Below are positions 24,431 through 36,188 of a stretch of 64,000 nucleotides of DNA, piece by piece. The position numbers and the translations under genes are program-made. Every line of letters begins with the position of its first letter. Within the stretch, counting starts at the first letter, position 1. The DNA comes from Vicugna vicugna (Eukaryota): NCBI GenBank assembly GCA_013265495.1, contig MU058059.1:62001-126000 (forward strand), written 5' to 3'. Below the pieces are notes generated by a model, which had not been told where the DNA came from, did no database searches, and worked only from the letters and a program-made list of their open reading frames with translations.

Positions 24431-26979
24431 CAAAAATCTTTACAGTGATTACCTCTGGGCAATTCAGATTATCTTCTTTATTTTCTCATGTATTTAACAA
24501 AATTTCCCCATAAATGTATATTAAGTTTATGAACCTCCCCAATAATACCTGGAATAAAATGCTACACCTTTGCACAAAATAAAAAATGTGGACTGAATAG
24601 AAGATTTCATAACTGGTTGAACAGCTTTCCCTAGATGGTATATAAATAATTTCATGAAAAACCATGGAATGGTCTTTAGTGATATGCATAAGCCTTTCTT
24701 TGTGGCCCTATTTCTAAACATTTTATCACCAACTTTGATGGTGATGTATTAGACACATTATGAGATTTATACTATAATTCATCTTGGGAAAATATTTAAA
24801 ATACTGGATTTCAGATTTAGTGTTCCTCCAATTTTGACGGCAGAGCATTCTTTTTGGTAGTCCAAATGGCACTTTTAGGTGGGTGAATTAGAAACAAGCT
24901 GTCTGTTTCTTAAGATTCTACTGCCATTTGCTGGAAAATTTTGTTAATAAATAACTAACTAAGAGAACTGCTAATATAAATGGTGTTCCCTAGAATTAGA
25001 ATGTGCCCAACCTGCCCAATAGAAAGGAGTGGCCCTGGGCTAGGAAGACATCATTGTATTTATAAGATAACATTTGATAAAGATTAGTATAATATTCCAC
25101 ATTATGTTAAACCATCTAAGTGCACTGTACAAAGTAAGAGAAAGATGACCATATGATTTCACGTAAATGTGTGGCTCACAGTTTTTGTCTGGGTGGGGGA
25201 CAGGTTGGCATGGCTGTCATACAAGCTGGTCCACTGATGGAAGTAGGGTGTTCACATCCAAAGGTTTTCAATGGACACTGTGAAGTTCGAATTCAACTAA
25301 AATACTGTTTACACAATCATACCCTAAATTAAGAGAGATGCTGCTTGTCTTGGAACCAAATACAGTTTGTCCACTGTCAGCTAAGAGGGCTTGACATCCT
25401 GCTCTTGGAGAACTGCTGAAGGAGCCAGGTCTGGTGAAGGTGGAACAGTGAAGACTCTGGGACAAACAATAGTCTTCATCCAACATTTGCAGGGCTGCCT
25501 TGTGGAAGAAAAATTTGACTTACTTCACATAGCTCTACAACCCAGTTAAAGAGAGGTGGGCCTGGATTCACGGTTGAGAAGTATCTTCTAAAAAGGGTGT
25601 CAAGAATGGAAGCTGTTTCTGGGGTGAAAATTCAGGGACTCTCTCTAGAGGTTGTTCGGTAACATGTGCATAAAACCTTAACATGTGGCAATCCCATTGG
25701 CCCAGTGAGTCCGGGAGTTTCTACTGAGAAGGTAGTCGGATGCTTCTTGAGGCATGCGTAACAGTGAAAGGTCCGGATAGGTTACTGAGTAAGCAAAGGA
25801 AAAGAAAAGAAATGTGGAATAAAAAACCAAACAAAGCAGAACGGGGGCAGAAAGAACTAGGGAAAGAGAATGAACTCAGTGGAACAGAAACTGCTATTAT
25901 AAGTACAGAGGTGGAAAGGAGCACGAGCTATTATTAGAAAGTCACCAGTCAAAATAGGCTGGAATGCAGGCCACTGAGGCAGCGGCCCAGTTTTTTTGTT
26001 AATTAGATGAGAGAATTGTGATTGCTAAAATAAAACTCAGATTGAGGATCTCTAGTGAAGTGAGGTCAACAAAAATAGCTAATAGATGGGAAATGCGTTG
26101 TCTGCAAGTGAAGAAACCTATTACTGATGGGTGTTAGATGGGTTGTAATGTAGAGAAAAGAAACAGATGCACGTACGGATTATTATACACCGTAGGGCTA
26201 CGTCAGTAGAGGGCTTCAGGACGCGGCCTGCCAAGGGGACACCGGCTTGGGGAGTGTGCATCCCATGCTAGGCAGCGGGCCCGATGCTTGTGGTTGTCTC
26301 CATCTGACACTAACCAAAAGGGCAAACAAGCGTCTGCAGAATAGTTATTCAAAGTTAGAATATTTAAATTATTTGAAGATACTAAGATTTGCTTACACTT
26401 CTTCTTCTTCTTTTTTTTTTTGAATGGAAGAAGAGTGCAGAATATTTGGGAATACTAACCAGAAAAACTTTTCCACATTTTATTGAAAAAGACATTTATG
26501 ACCATTATTCCTAATGGTGAAAAATGGAAAAAATTTCGAATGCCGAATAATTAAGAAATGAGTATTCTCACCATGGTGCATTAGCACACTTGAATAGCCA
26601 CACATATTTTCATTAAAATGATAGACATTAAAAATAATAAGCATTGATTAAAATGATAATCATATATATGCGTACAAAATGATTGCTCCATTATTTTATG
26701 AAACTACCAGCAAATTCAATAGTTCCTTCCTAACTGCCAGATTCCTGGATAGACTTTTCTTTTTCATTCCATGTCTAACCCGACCCCTCTTTGGTAGTTG
26801 ACCTCACTGAACTTTTCCTGTTTCTTGAAGTCCTCTTCTTCCGTTGTTTCCATGCTGTTTTGATTTCCTTTCCATCCTTCTGTCTTTCTGGCTCTTTAGC
26901 AATGTTTTCTTTTGCTTCCTGTCTGTGCTTTAACGTCTTACAGCCCAGGAAACCAGTCTGTGCTGCGTCATTGTCTAAC

Positions 26980-27680
26980 TTACACACACCCCAATGTGAT
27001 CTCACTCACGCTCAAACTTTCCTCTACCTTCTAGGTGATAACTCCCAGCTGACCTGTCTCCAGTCCTAACACCTTCCTGAACTCCAGAATCATAAAGTCA
27101 GCTGCCTTCTCTTTTCCTTCTCCCTCACCTGAGGATTTTTGACCAACCTGGCACCTTTAAGATATGGTAGAAAGATATCTTTTCTTCTCTCCATCTTTAC
27201 TGTTTCTAGCCTCATCAAAACCACAATCATCTCTTTTCTGAAATACTGTAAAACTCTCCAAGATAGTATTCAAATGAATGAATGCTCGCCAATGGGACAT
27301 CTTCAACTGAATATTCTACAGGCACATCAGAATATGTCTAGAACTAAATCATCTTCTCCATCCAAACCTATTTTTTCTCCCACATTATCTGTCTCTGTTG
27401 GAGGTACTGACATGCCCCCAATTTTTCAAACTATAAATTGGCTATCATTTCTACTCTTCTCTTTCCTGATAACTTAGTCATTCCATCTCCAAGTCTAGGC
27501 AATTCTACATATTTTAAGCATGTTTTTTTCCTTTTCAAAAATTCCTACCACCAGCATCCGTCCCCCCTGACGCTATAGTGAGAAATTCTTGAGGTCAGGA
27601 GCTGTGTTTTTCAACTTTGTATTCCCTGTCTTTAATAGAGTGTCTGACGTGGTTAATGTACACAAGTGTTTGAATTTAAA
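26980..27680 (+). mobile_element. Fragmented L2
   Basis: tgataactcccagctgacctgtctccag...cctgaactccaga...aatatgtctagaactaaatc...ttcttgaggtcaggagctgtg. Confidence 0.55.
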
Positions 27681-27860
27681 ATTGTATTATGTACAACAAA
27701 ATGCAAAAATATATATAATAGATTAATTGAAAATGTGTAAAATGTATGTACTTCGATTTATAGATATTGGGAAGATATCTTCAAGTGATATAAAAAATGG
27801 GCATTTTAGTGTAAAGTAAAATGAATAAAAAATGAGCATCAAATATATAATTAATAGGCA

Positions 27861-27930
27861 ATAGTTTAAAATAGTTTAAAATGGCTTAAAATAGACTAAC
27901 ATAGTTTAAATGGTTGAGTAGTTTAAAATA
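27861..27930. repeat. Degenerate 10-bp tandem repeat (ATAGTTTAAA)n
   Basis: atagtttaaa atagtttaaa atggcttaaa atagactaac atagtttaaa... Confidence 0.7.
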
Positions 27931-28103
27931 ATCCAATAAACACAGAAATTAGTCCAATTGCACATGAACGAAGTATCCAGGGACCACTGCATATATCATT
28001 TTTAGCTGATGTGTGCCGGATGGATGATTTCACACACTCTTCATCCAAAATTAAAAAAAAATGATTAGGTTTAAAAATATATCACATATTAGGCGGTAGA
28101 TTC

Positions 28104-28597
28104 TGTGGTAGGTAGAGTAATGGCTCCCCAAAGATGACCACGTGTTAATCCACAGAACCTGTGAATATGTTAGCTTACACGGCAAAAAGAGACTTTGCAG
28201 ATGTGATGAAGTTAATGATTTTGAGATGCGGAGATTATCCTGGACTATGATAAGCTCGGAGGAATCACAGGGGTCTTTGTAAGTGAAAGAGGGAGGCAGG
28301 AAAGTCAGAGAAGAAGATGTGACCATAGAAACCGAGTGATGTGACTGCTGGCTTTGAAGATGAAAGAAGGAGCCAGAGTCAAGGGATGCAGGCAGCCTCT
28401 AGAAGCTGGGAAACTGGCAAGGAAATAGGTTCTCCCTTAAATCCCCCAGAAGGAATGCAGCCCTGCTGAGGTTATGATTTTAGCTCAGTGAGAACCGTTT
28501 CAGACTTCTGAGCCCCACAACTGTAAGGTAATAAATATGTGTTTTAAGCCACTAGCTTTGGGGCAACTTGTTACAGCAGCAACAGGAGACTAGTACA
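28104..28597 (+). mobile_element. MLT1D-type MaLR solo LTR
   Basis: tgtggtaggtagagtaatggctccccaaagatg...gactttgcagatgtgatgaagttaa...gcagcctctagaagctgg...gttacagcagcaacaggagactagtaca. Confidence 0.85.
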
Positions 28598-28721
28598 AAT
28601 GCTGTAGGGTTTCATTTCATCAAAGCCTAAGCGAAATTGTGTTCTCTAACAGTAACTTCTGCAGCGTCTCTTAAATCTGCTCCCTTGTTTCAGTTCACGT
28701 TGCTACCACCATATTTTGAGT

Positions 28722-28960
28722 CTTAATAATAATAAGAGCGTTTACTGAGGCATTATGTGATGTCCTTGTCCAAGCAGTGTTCCACAGCTTTTACATGACA
28801 TTCACCCAGTCAGTCCTCTCAGGACCCCTACGTGGTAGGGATTGTTACTAACTCCATAGTAAAATGGAGGCGACCAAAGCAGAGGGAGGTTAAATAACTC
28901 ACCAAGTTGCCTAATCAGTAGAACACAGGGTTTGAACACAGCTGTCTGGCTCCAAAGCTG
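28722..28960 (-). mobile_element. MIR SINE
   Basis: taataataagagcgtttactgag...agagggaggttaaataactcaccaag...gggtttgaacacagctgtctggctccaaagc. Confidence 0.6.
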
Positions 28961-29575
28961 CACTTGCTCTTTCTAGACCTAACTTCATGGCCATGGAATG
29001 GCATGGCTATTGATGAAGGGTCCTCCTCACCAATTTACTGTGGATGTACTGCGTGGCCGGCTCCTGGAGGGTCAAGGACAAAATGCAGAGTGGGAGCAGA
29101 GTAGGGCTCCCGGAGAGGACAGCGCCGGGGCGGACGGGAACAGCAAGGAACCACCGGGCACCGTGCCCCCAGCCGGATGCCCCCCGTACATGGCAAGGAC
29201 TGACAACGGTGGGTGAGAATCTGGGCAAAATCCCAGGTTAGTCCTTGTGCTTCTAGTGAAAAGTTGATTTTGCTTCTTGAACACTAGGTACGTTATAGAA
29301 TTCCGTCTTCAAAATAACTCTGCAAGGTATTTTTGCAAAGGAAGGACTAGAAGGTAAGGGTGGTGATGTGGTCCATTTAATGCCACGTGGTGAGGACGTA
29401 GAGGAGCAGGCATTCACACCGGCAGCCCTGCCTGTCACCTGGGTTCACAGGAAAGTACCAGTTGGTTCTGACATCCTCAAGAGCTAGGCCATCACAACAG
29501 GGCGTCTCCTTCTCAGGGCAAAGCCCAAATCTAGTGGAACTCAGTATATTCAAGTAAACAAGAGACAGCTGCGAC

Positions 29576-29776
29576 CACGTGGTCCGACAGAGCTTTCTGC
29601 GATGACGGGCATGCTTTACGTGCCGTCCAGCATGAACACCAGCCACCCGTGACCACTGAGCGCTTGGAATGTGGCTGCTATGACTGCGGGGCTGAATTTT
29701 CAATGTCATTTCACTTGAATTAATGTAAATTTAAATAGCCACACGTGGCTGGTGGCTACCATATTGGACACCACGG
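29576..29776 (+). mobile_element. MER3 (hAT-Charlie) DNA transposon
   Basis: gctttctgcgatgacgg...ttggaatgtggct...aatttaaatagccacacgtggctggtggctaccatattggaca. Confidence 0.75.
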
Positions 29777-32700
29777 AACTAGACTATTGTACTTAAAAGG
29801 AGCCCTAGAGGCCACCTGCCCTCATTTCCCCAAATAGGGAAATTTCCTTTGCTCCGTCCCTGACTTGTTCATCCAGCCTCTCGTGACACATTTTTAATAA
29901 CAAGAAGCTCTTCGCCTTAACTTGGGATCTGATGCCTTTGTTAGGAAAAATCTTCCTGATTGAACAGGTACATCCCCAGGCATAGGATCTGGGGATACAG
30001 TGGGTTTTGTGTAATAAACCCATTCGTTATTCCCTGGGGTTATTCCCCGATTTGCTCTCCCTCTGCTCTTCTTGTGCCTGTGAAGGTCTTCCGGGGCGCC
30101 CCAGCTGCGTCTCAATTCTCTGGGTGCCCAGTGTGGTGCCGCCATCGCAGAACCCAGGCGACCCCATCCTGCCCGCCCGCTGCTGCGCAGAGCACAGGGT
30201 GCCGCGTGAACGCGGGGATGCTCTCCCTCCAGCAGTTCTCGCCGGCGGCCCAGATTTCTTCTCCAGGGCCTGGGCAGCCCTGCTGCCTCCGGGGCCGGAG
30301 CCTGGTGGTGGGGCTCAGCCTGGTTGTCGTCTGATGCCTCCGTGCCCTTCTGGGGAGTCTGCTCCCACTCTCATCCTCACACCATTGCTTGTCCCTAGAG
30401 ATGCGGCCCAGGGAGTTAAACTGCTCGGGCTGGGCTTCCAGGCTACACCATCTCCGCCATCTTTGGGAAACTCAAGTGTTTTAGAAAAAAATATTCCTTC
30501 TCATCCTGTCAACTAGAGACTCAGTCCTGCCCTCCATTTACTTATTCTCATCATCAGGGTGATTGCCTGCCCCATCTGCTCTCTTCCTTTCCCCAGACCG
30601 GTCTTTCCCTTTCCCAACGAGGAGTTGCTCTCCCAGAGTCCAGTCTGGGTCAGACAGGTGCTAAATAAGTCTTGGTTGAATGAAAGACTTGTTGAGAGTG
30701 GCTGTCCTTGTACACCATTTAACAGGAGTTTTCATTACACACTCACGATCTAAATTAATGGAAAGGGACTACATATTATGACAGTTGGACGGATTCTTCG
30801 CTGGTCTAAGAAATACCGCGCTACATTCTGTTCATCCATTAATCTAATAGAAGGTTCAAAAACACCAACGAGGCTAACTTGACGTGGCTTAATATTAGTG
30901 AATTCTTTCATTCCTTAGTTACTGTCAAGTCTCTGTTAAGCGCATGATTAACATTTCATTATTCTGCACTGGGGTCTTTTATGAAATGTTGAACCAAGAG
31001 AAAGTGGAGGCTGTGGAACATGTTAAGATTGTGTCCGTTACTTTAAAGGAACTTCACCTGGACTTAGAGAGGGGAGGGCATTCAGTAAGGGCTTGCTGGG
31101 ACCCTGAGTTATGTGCGATAAGATACGTGGACATGAGGAAAAATCCAAAAAGAGCTGAGAAGCAAGATACTAAAGACTGTGTGACTCCCAGGTTCATAAC
31201 TGAGCAACATACCTCTCTTCCTAATGGATTTCAAAAGCCTGGCCATTCTGTACTATTACCTATTACAGGGATTTTCTTTAAACCCTGCTAATACTCCCTA
31301 ACAGCATGATTTCTTTTGATATATGCAGTCCCGTCCAACCTGACGGACGTGAGTGCTCTGCACTGGGCATTGTATCACTCACTCAGTTCAGTTATATGGG
31401 TGATTAAGAAGCATTCTAAAGGTAGACCTTCAGGGAAACAGATCTTGTTCGGACCCGTAGTAATTGAACAAACAGTAAAATTCGTGAACTTCCCAGATAT
31501 TTAGTCAGCAATTTGGGATATGTGGAACTCATGCACCGAGCAGAATTCTAGCTCACAATATACCTGAGAAATAAGGATCTGGTCTCCCCAAAGGACAAAA
31601 ATACCAAGTCACGCTGACTTATAGAGAAATTGGGTCTGGGGATTCCTAGTTTACTTCCTCATCATTTCAGTAAAATTACTTCTTACAGAAGAAAACATCC
31701 CCAAATTAATCCAAGCAAAGGAAAGCAAATGGACAGGCAGTCCCTATTTGGACGTAACCTTACAGTGTTTTAACAATGTCATAACTACCATCAGGTCGGC
31801 AGTCTAAAAGGATAAATAGTATCCTAAAAAACATAAGCACAACAGCCTTGAGTAATGGTTCCTGCATAGGGTGACATGTGATTTTCCAGTTACAGGAAAT
31901 AACGTTGTTCTAGTCCAGTTTAACATCATATGTCTGAATTTGCAAATGAATTTCATGTTACTTGATTTCTAACATGGCCACTTTCCAAACCAGACTTACT
32001 AACTTTACACCTAATCACAGAGGTAGAGTCTGTTTTTTTAATCACAGTTAATCATTAAAAAAAAAACTCTCATTAAAATAAATTCTCATCCAGAAACAGC
32101 CCTTCAGGAAAAGATCAAAGGAAACATTTCCCAAGCAGAGGCAGCCTGCTCTGGTGGGGAGTGAACAGAGTCTGGAATCATGCAGATCGGGGTTTAACTC
32201 TCTGTTCCGTCATTTACCAGCTTGAGCAAATTAACTACCTTCATTCTGTGTAAAATGAGGTGTGGACAGCTGCCCCAGTGACTTTTAGAAATAAGAATAT
32301 ATGTGAAGCATAGACCTGTCGAACTTTCTCAATAAGTTATAGCCCTTCTTGTCTCCCTTTTCCCCCTCCTTCTTCTCCTTCATCGTGGTCTTATTATCAT
32401 TGGCATCACCGTGATGGTGTGGAAGCGCATCTAGCATGTGCTGAGAATGTGTTAGTGCCCCGTGTGGGCAGAGCGCCAGCCTGGGAATTAAAGGGCCTGC
32501 CTTTTCTTAGAAAAGTCAGCCCCTCTCCCTGGGTCACAGCTGAGGAAAAGCAATGAAGGTGACGTAAGACCATGTCTGTTCAAGCCGAAAAGTTCTTTTA
32601 TAGCATGAGCAGATCAGGAACTCTTGGTGCCTGTGATCAATTGTCATTTGCATGGAAGGGCTGCTGGACTGCAGCCTGGGAGGGCTGCCAGTTCAATTTA

Positions 32701-33021
32701 CCAAGCCTGGGACAGTTACCTGACCTTTGTTGGACTTTATCAGGGTTTTCTCGTTTATCTGATTTTATCAAGAGTCAGTTTATCAAGAGTGGATACAGAC
32801 TCCCCTCCTCCTCCCATCTTCATCCTTGCCATCTCTGTGCACCGTCCTCACCCCACCATCAAACTCCTTAGCTTACATCTGCTTAATGGGAAAGGAACGG
32901 GCAAAGGTTTCAAACTGTGCTTCCAGAGTCCCCCTTTAGGGAGACTTGGATGCTGGGCCATGATGAGAGGGAAGGTGGTTTGGGTTTGAATTCTCCTGTG
33001 CTTGCTTCCATGTGAGTGTTA

Positions 33022-33312
33022 CAGCCGCTCCTTGTCCCTATCCAGGGACACTGGGGGCCCTCGTATAAAAGGGTGTGGTGTTTGCATATAGCTAACACAC
33101 ATCTTCATGTACTTTACATCAGCTCTAGATTACTTATAATACCTAATGCAATGTAAACGCTCTGTAAGTAGTTGCAAATACAATGAAAATGCTGTGTCAG
33201 TAGTTGCTGGCACACAGCAAATTCAAGATTCCTCTTTAGAACTTTCTGAAATTTATTTGTTTATTTTCTGATATTTTCCACTTGCAGACCCCATGGATAC
33301 GGAGGGAGGACC
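33022..33312 (+). mobile_element. MER2-type (Tigger) DNA transposon
   Basis: tataaaagggtgtggtgtttgcatata...ctctagattacttataatacctaatgcaatgtaaa...cccatggatacggaggg. Confidence 0.75.
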
Positions 33313-33869
33313 GTTCCATGTTTAATATATTCCGCTTTATATGAACAGGGAATTCCATGGTTTAAAGAGGTCAGAAGGTCTAACTGTCTTTTGAAGTTCT
33401 TTCCCATACTCAGACTGACGGTGCCTGCTCAGTCCGTAGAGAGGAAATCCTTAACGAGATGCGCTTTCTAGAAACCTTAGCCGTAGACTAAACCACAACA
33501 AAATGAGTCCCAGTGCCTAGAGTGCAAAAAGCAGTGGGTGGGGCCAGTGGCCGAATTTCTTGAGTATACAGAACCCCAGGATAAATGGGTGCCTCTGCTC
33601 CGTGACCGAGGAACGCTGACAGGAGGGCTAAGAGGAACTGGGGCGGGGTAGGGGGGGTGGCATCTACTGCTGTCTGCTGCCGGGGAGCCACGGGCACGCC
33701 GGTCTCTCCAGGCTGCCGTCTCCTCATCTGTAAGCACAGTTTTGGGAGAGTTTCCCATTCCAAATTATGTAATGAAATAGCTAACCCTAATTCCATTCGC
33801 TTAGTAGGGTGCAGGGGGAGGGGGTGAACATGGGAGGGAGTGTAGTTAACATCATGTGTCTGAGGAAAG

Positions 33870-34130
33870 GGAAAAAACTGTATTTACTGATGACGCGACT
33901 ATACATACATATATACATACATCTCAACAAATCCACCAGAACTAGCCAACAAATTAGCAAAGCTGCAGAGCACAAGACCAACACACAAAAATCAACTGCA
34001 TCTCTACACGTCAACAACAACCCAAAAAGAAAGTTAAGGGAAAAATTCAATTTACAGTAGCATATAAAAGAATAAAATACCCGGGAACAAACCCAACCCA
34101 GGGGGCGAAAGACCTGTACATTGAAAACGT
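33870..34130 (+). mobile_element. L1 ORF2 fragment (RT region)
   Basis: aaattagcaaagctgcagagcacaagaccaacacacaaaaatcaactgcatctctaca...aaaagaataaaatacc...gaaagacctgtacattgaaaac. Confidence 0.7.
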
Positions 34131-36034
34131 CACGTGTCTGCGTCCTAAGGGCCGTTTCAGTGCCGTCAGAGGAGGCTGAGATTATGGCCTTGCCTTCCGG
34201 GAGCCTTCCGGGGAGTTCCGTGACGCCGCGCCGGGAGATGTGGGGGTGTTGTGACGCGTGGCGTGGGAGACAGAGAGGAGACAGGCCAGGCAGTGAAACC
34301 CTCCGTAAGCAAGGACAATTTGGAGGACAGACGAAGAAGGAGTTTCAAATTTCCTATCGTGGCATAGCTATAGGAATCACTTTATCTACCCATCAAATCT
34401 AATTAATAACAGGTGATTTTGGGATTTAAAAAAAGGCATTGTCCAAGTCAAAAATAAGCATTTTTTAAGAAGCATGAAAGCCCACAGGAGACATTTTTGA
34501 TTGACTGTTCAGTTCATGAGATCACCTGGCATGAAACGAGATGTTTCCTTTTTGGGGCCGGGACTGCGTAAGTCAAGTATGGCAAAGCAACCTACACGAC
34601 GGTTTCCAGCCTGTGGATCTGATTTTTCATCAGCATCGCCACACAGCCCTCACGGAGAGTTCTTGTTTCTGGTGGATTTGCTTCAGCTCCTTTGTGAAAG
34701 CCTGAGAGAGAAGGCAGCACGGGGGAAAACCAGCTATTTATAGGCGCTTTTGACTTAAAGTGTCTGCGCAGCAGGCCGCGGGACACTTCCAAGAGGCCGG
34801 AGCACAGGAAGCGATGTAATACCAGGGAGAAGGCCAGAGGAGGGTGGCGGGGCTGACTTGACGTGGGACTCGTTTTCAGAAAGCTCATGTTTCATTTGCA
34901 AACAAATGACAGTTACTTTCACTGACACCCCCTGAGTTACCGAGAAACTAGCTAAACTTCTGCTAGTTGGGAGAGGAGAAGAAGGGAAAAGATGAATTCT
35001 CCAAGGATTACAAGTGGTTGGGGGCCTTTCAGGGACTTTAGGAGAGCGGCTTTCTCTGTACCTACTTACTGCTGGGGGCCGGCGCTCAGACTGACGCTGG
35101 TAGCGCAGCCTGGGCGAGCAGCTGGCCTGCGACGGAGCTGGCTTCCTGGGGCTGAGAGGGGTGATCAGGGACTTTGGGCATGAGCTAAAAAGAGTGATGG
35201 ACAAGGGCCTGTTGTCCTCTTCTAGCCGTGGCGGAACTGAAGCTGCGCTGGTGGAAACACCCCTCAGAGACCCCAGATGAAGCAGGACCAGGGGTGAGTG
35301 GGCCAGGTCCCCTTGCAGACAAGCTCTGCACCTGTCGCTGCTGGTTAAACCTGCCCTGTGGGCTCACCAGAGCTGCCTGGAATAAGGCGGCAGGGTCTTG
35401 ACAGACTTATGAAAAGAAAAGCAGTTTTTGTCTAAACAAAAGCCAGAGAAGGCTGGACGCATCGCATTCCATCAGCACATACCGAGTCCTGGAGAAACCT
35501 GACCCACTGAGGCCGAGCTTTCAAAAGACTGACCCTTTGTGACCTTTCCATCTGCAAACAAAAGCTTTATGTGGTTAGTTGGCACATGGGGCGAGGAAGC
35601 CTGAAATCTGCGTTGTGATGAAGACCTGCCACCTGTCACGGGCAGGCTGTCCTTGGCCACGGAATCAGATATGGTCAGGCTAACCGTGGCTCAGTGAAAG
35701 TTAGATCAAGCAAAATACAAAGGAAGAAGTGATCTATGAAACACTTGAAGAAACGGTGAAGCCTGACATCTGAGGATTTGTAAAGTCAAAACATTTCATA
35801 CTGCTTTTTTCATTTATTTCCCACATTTGAAGTGAAATATTTTTCTAAGACCTCAGCAAACCTAAGAGTTACATCATTATCCTTATTTTGCAGATAGAAA
35901 CGGAAGTACTACGTAGAGAGAGCACCAGGCCGTGTGGGGAAGTCAGCGGCGACAGGCAAGCCAATGTTGTCATCCGTTAGACTCTGCTGCCCCCTTCTGT
36001 GAACACAGTGACAAATGTAGTCTGACAGTTCCCC

Positions 36035-36188
36035 AGCAGTGGGCTAGAGTGTGCTTCTTAGATTATCTCTGTACTGGAATCATCCCAGATCTACAGAATC
36101 AGCATCTCTTGGGTTGATGCCGAAATCCTCATTTGATAAACATTCTCAGGGTGGTTCTAGTGCACAAACTTAAGGAACCATTGCTCTA
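36035..36188. mobile_element. MER5-type (hAT-Charlie) remnant
   Basis: cagaatcagcatctct...cattctcagggtggttctagtgcaca...aaggaaccattgctcta. Confidence 0.55.
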
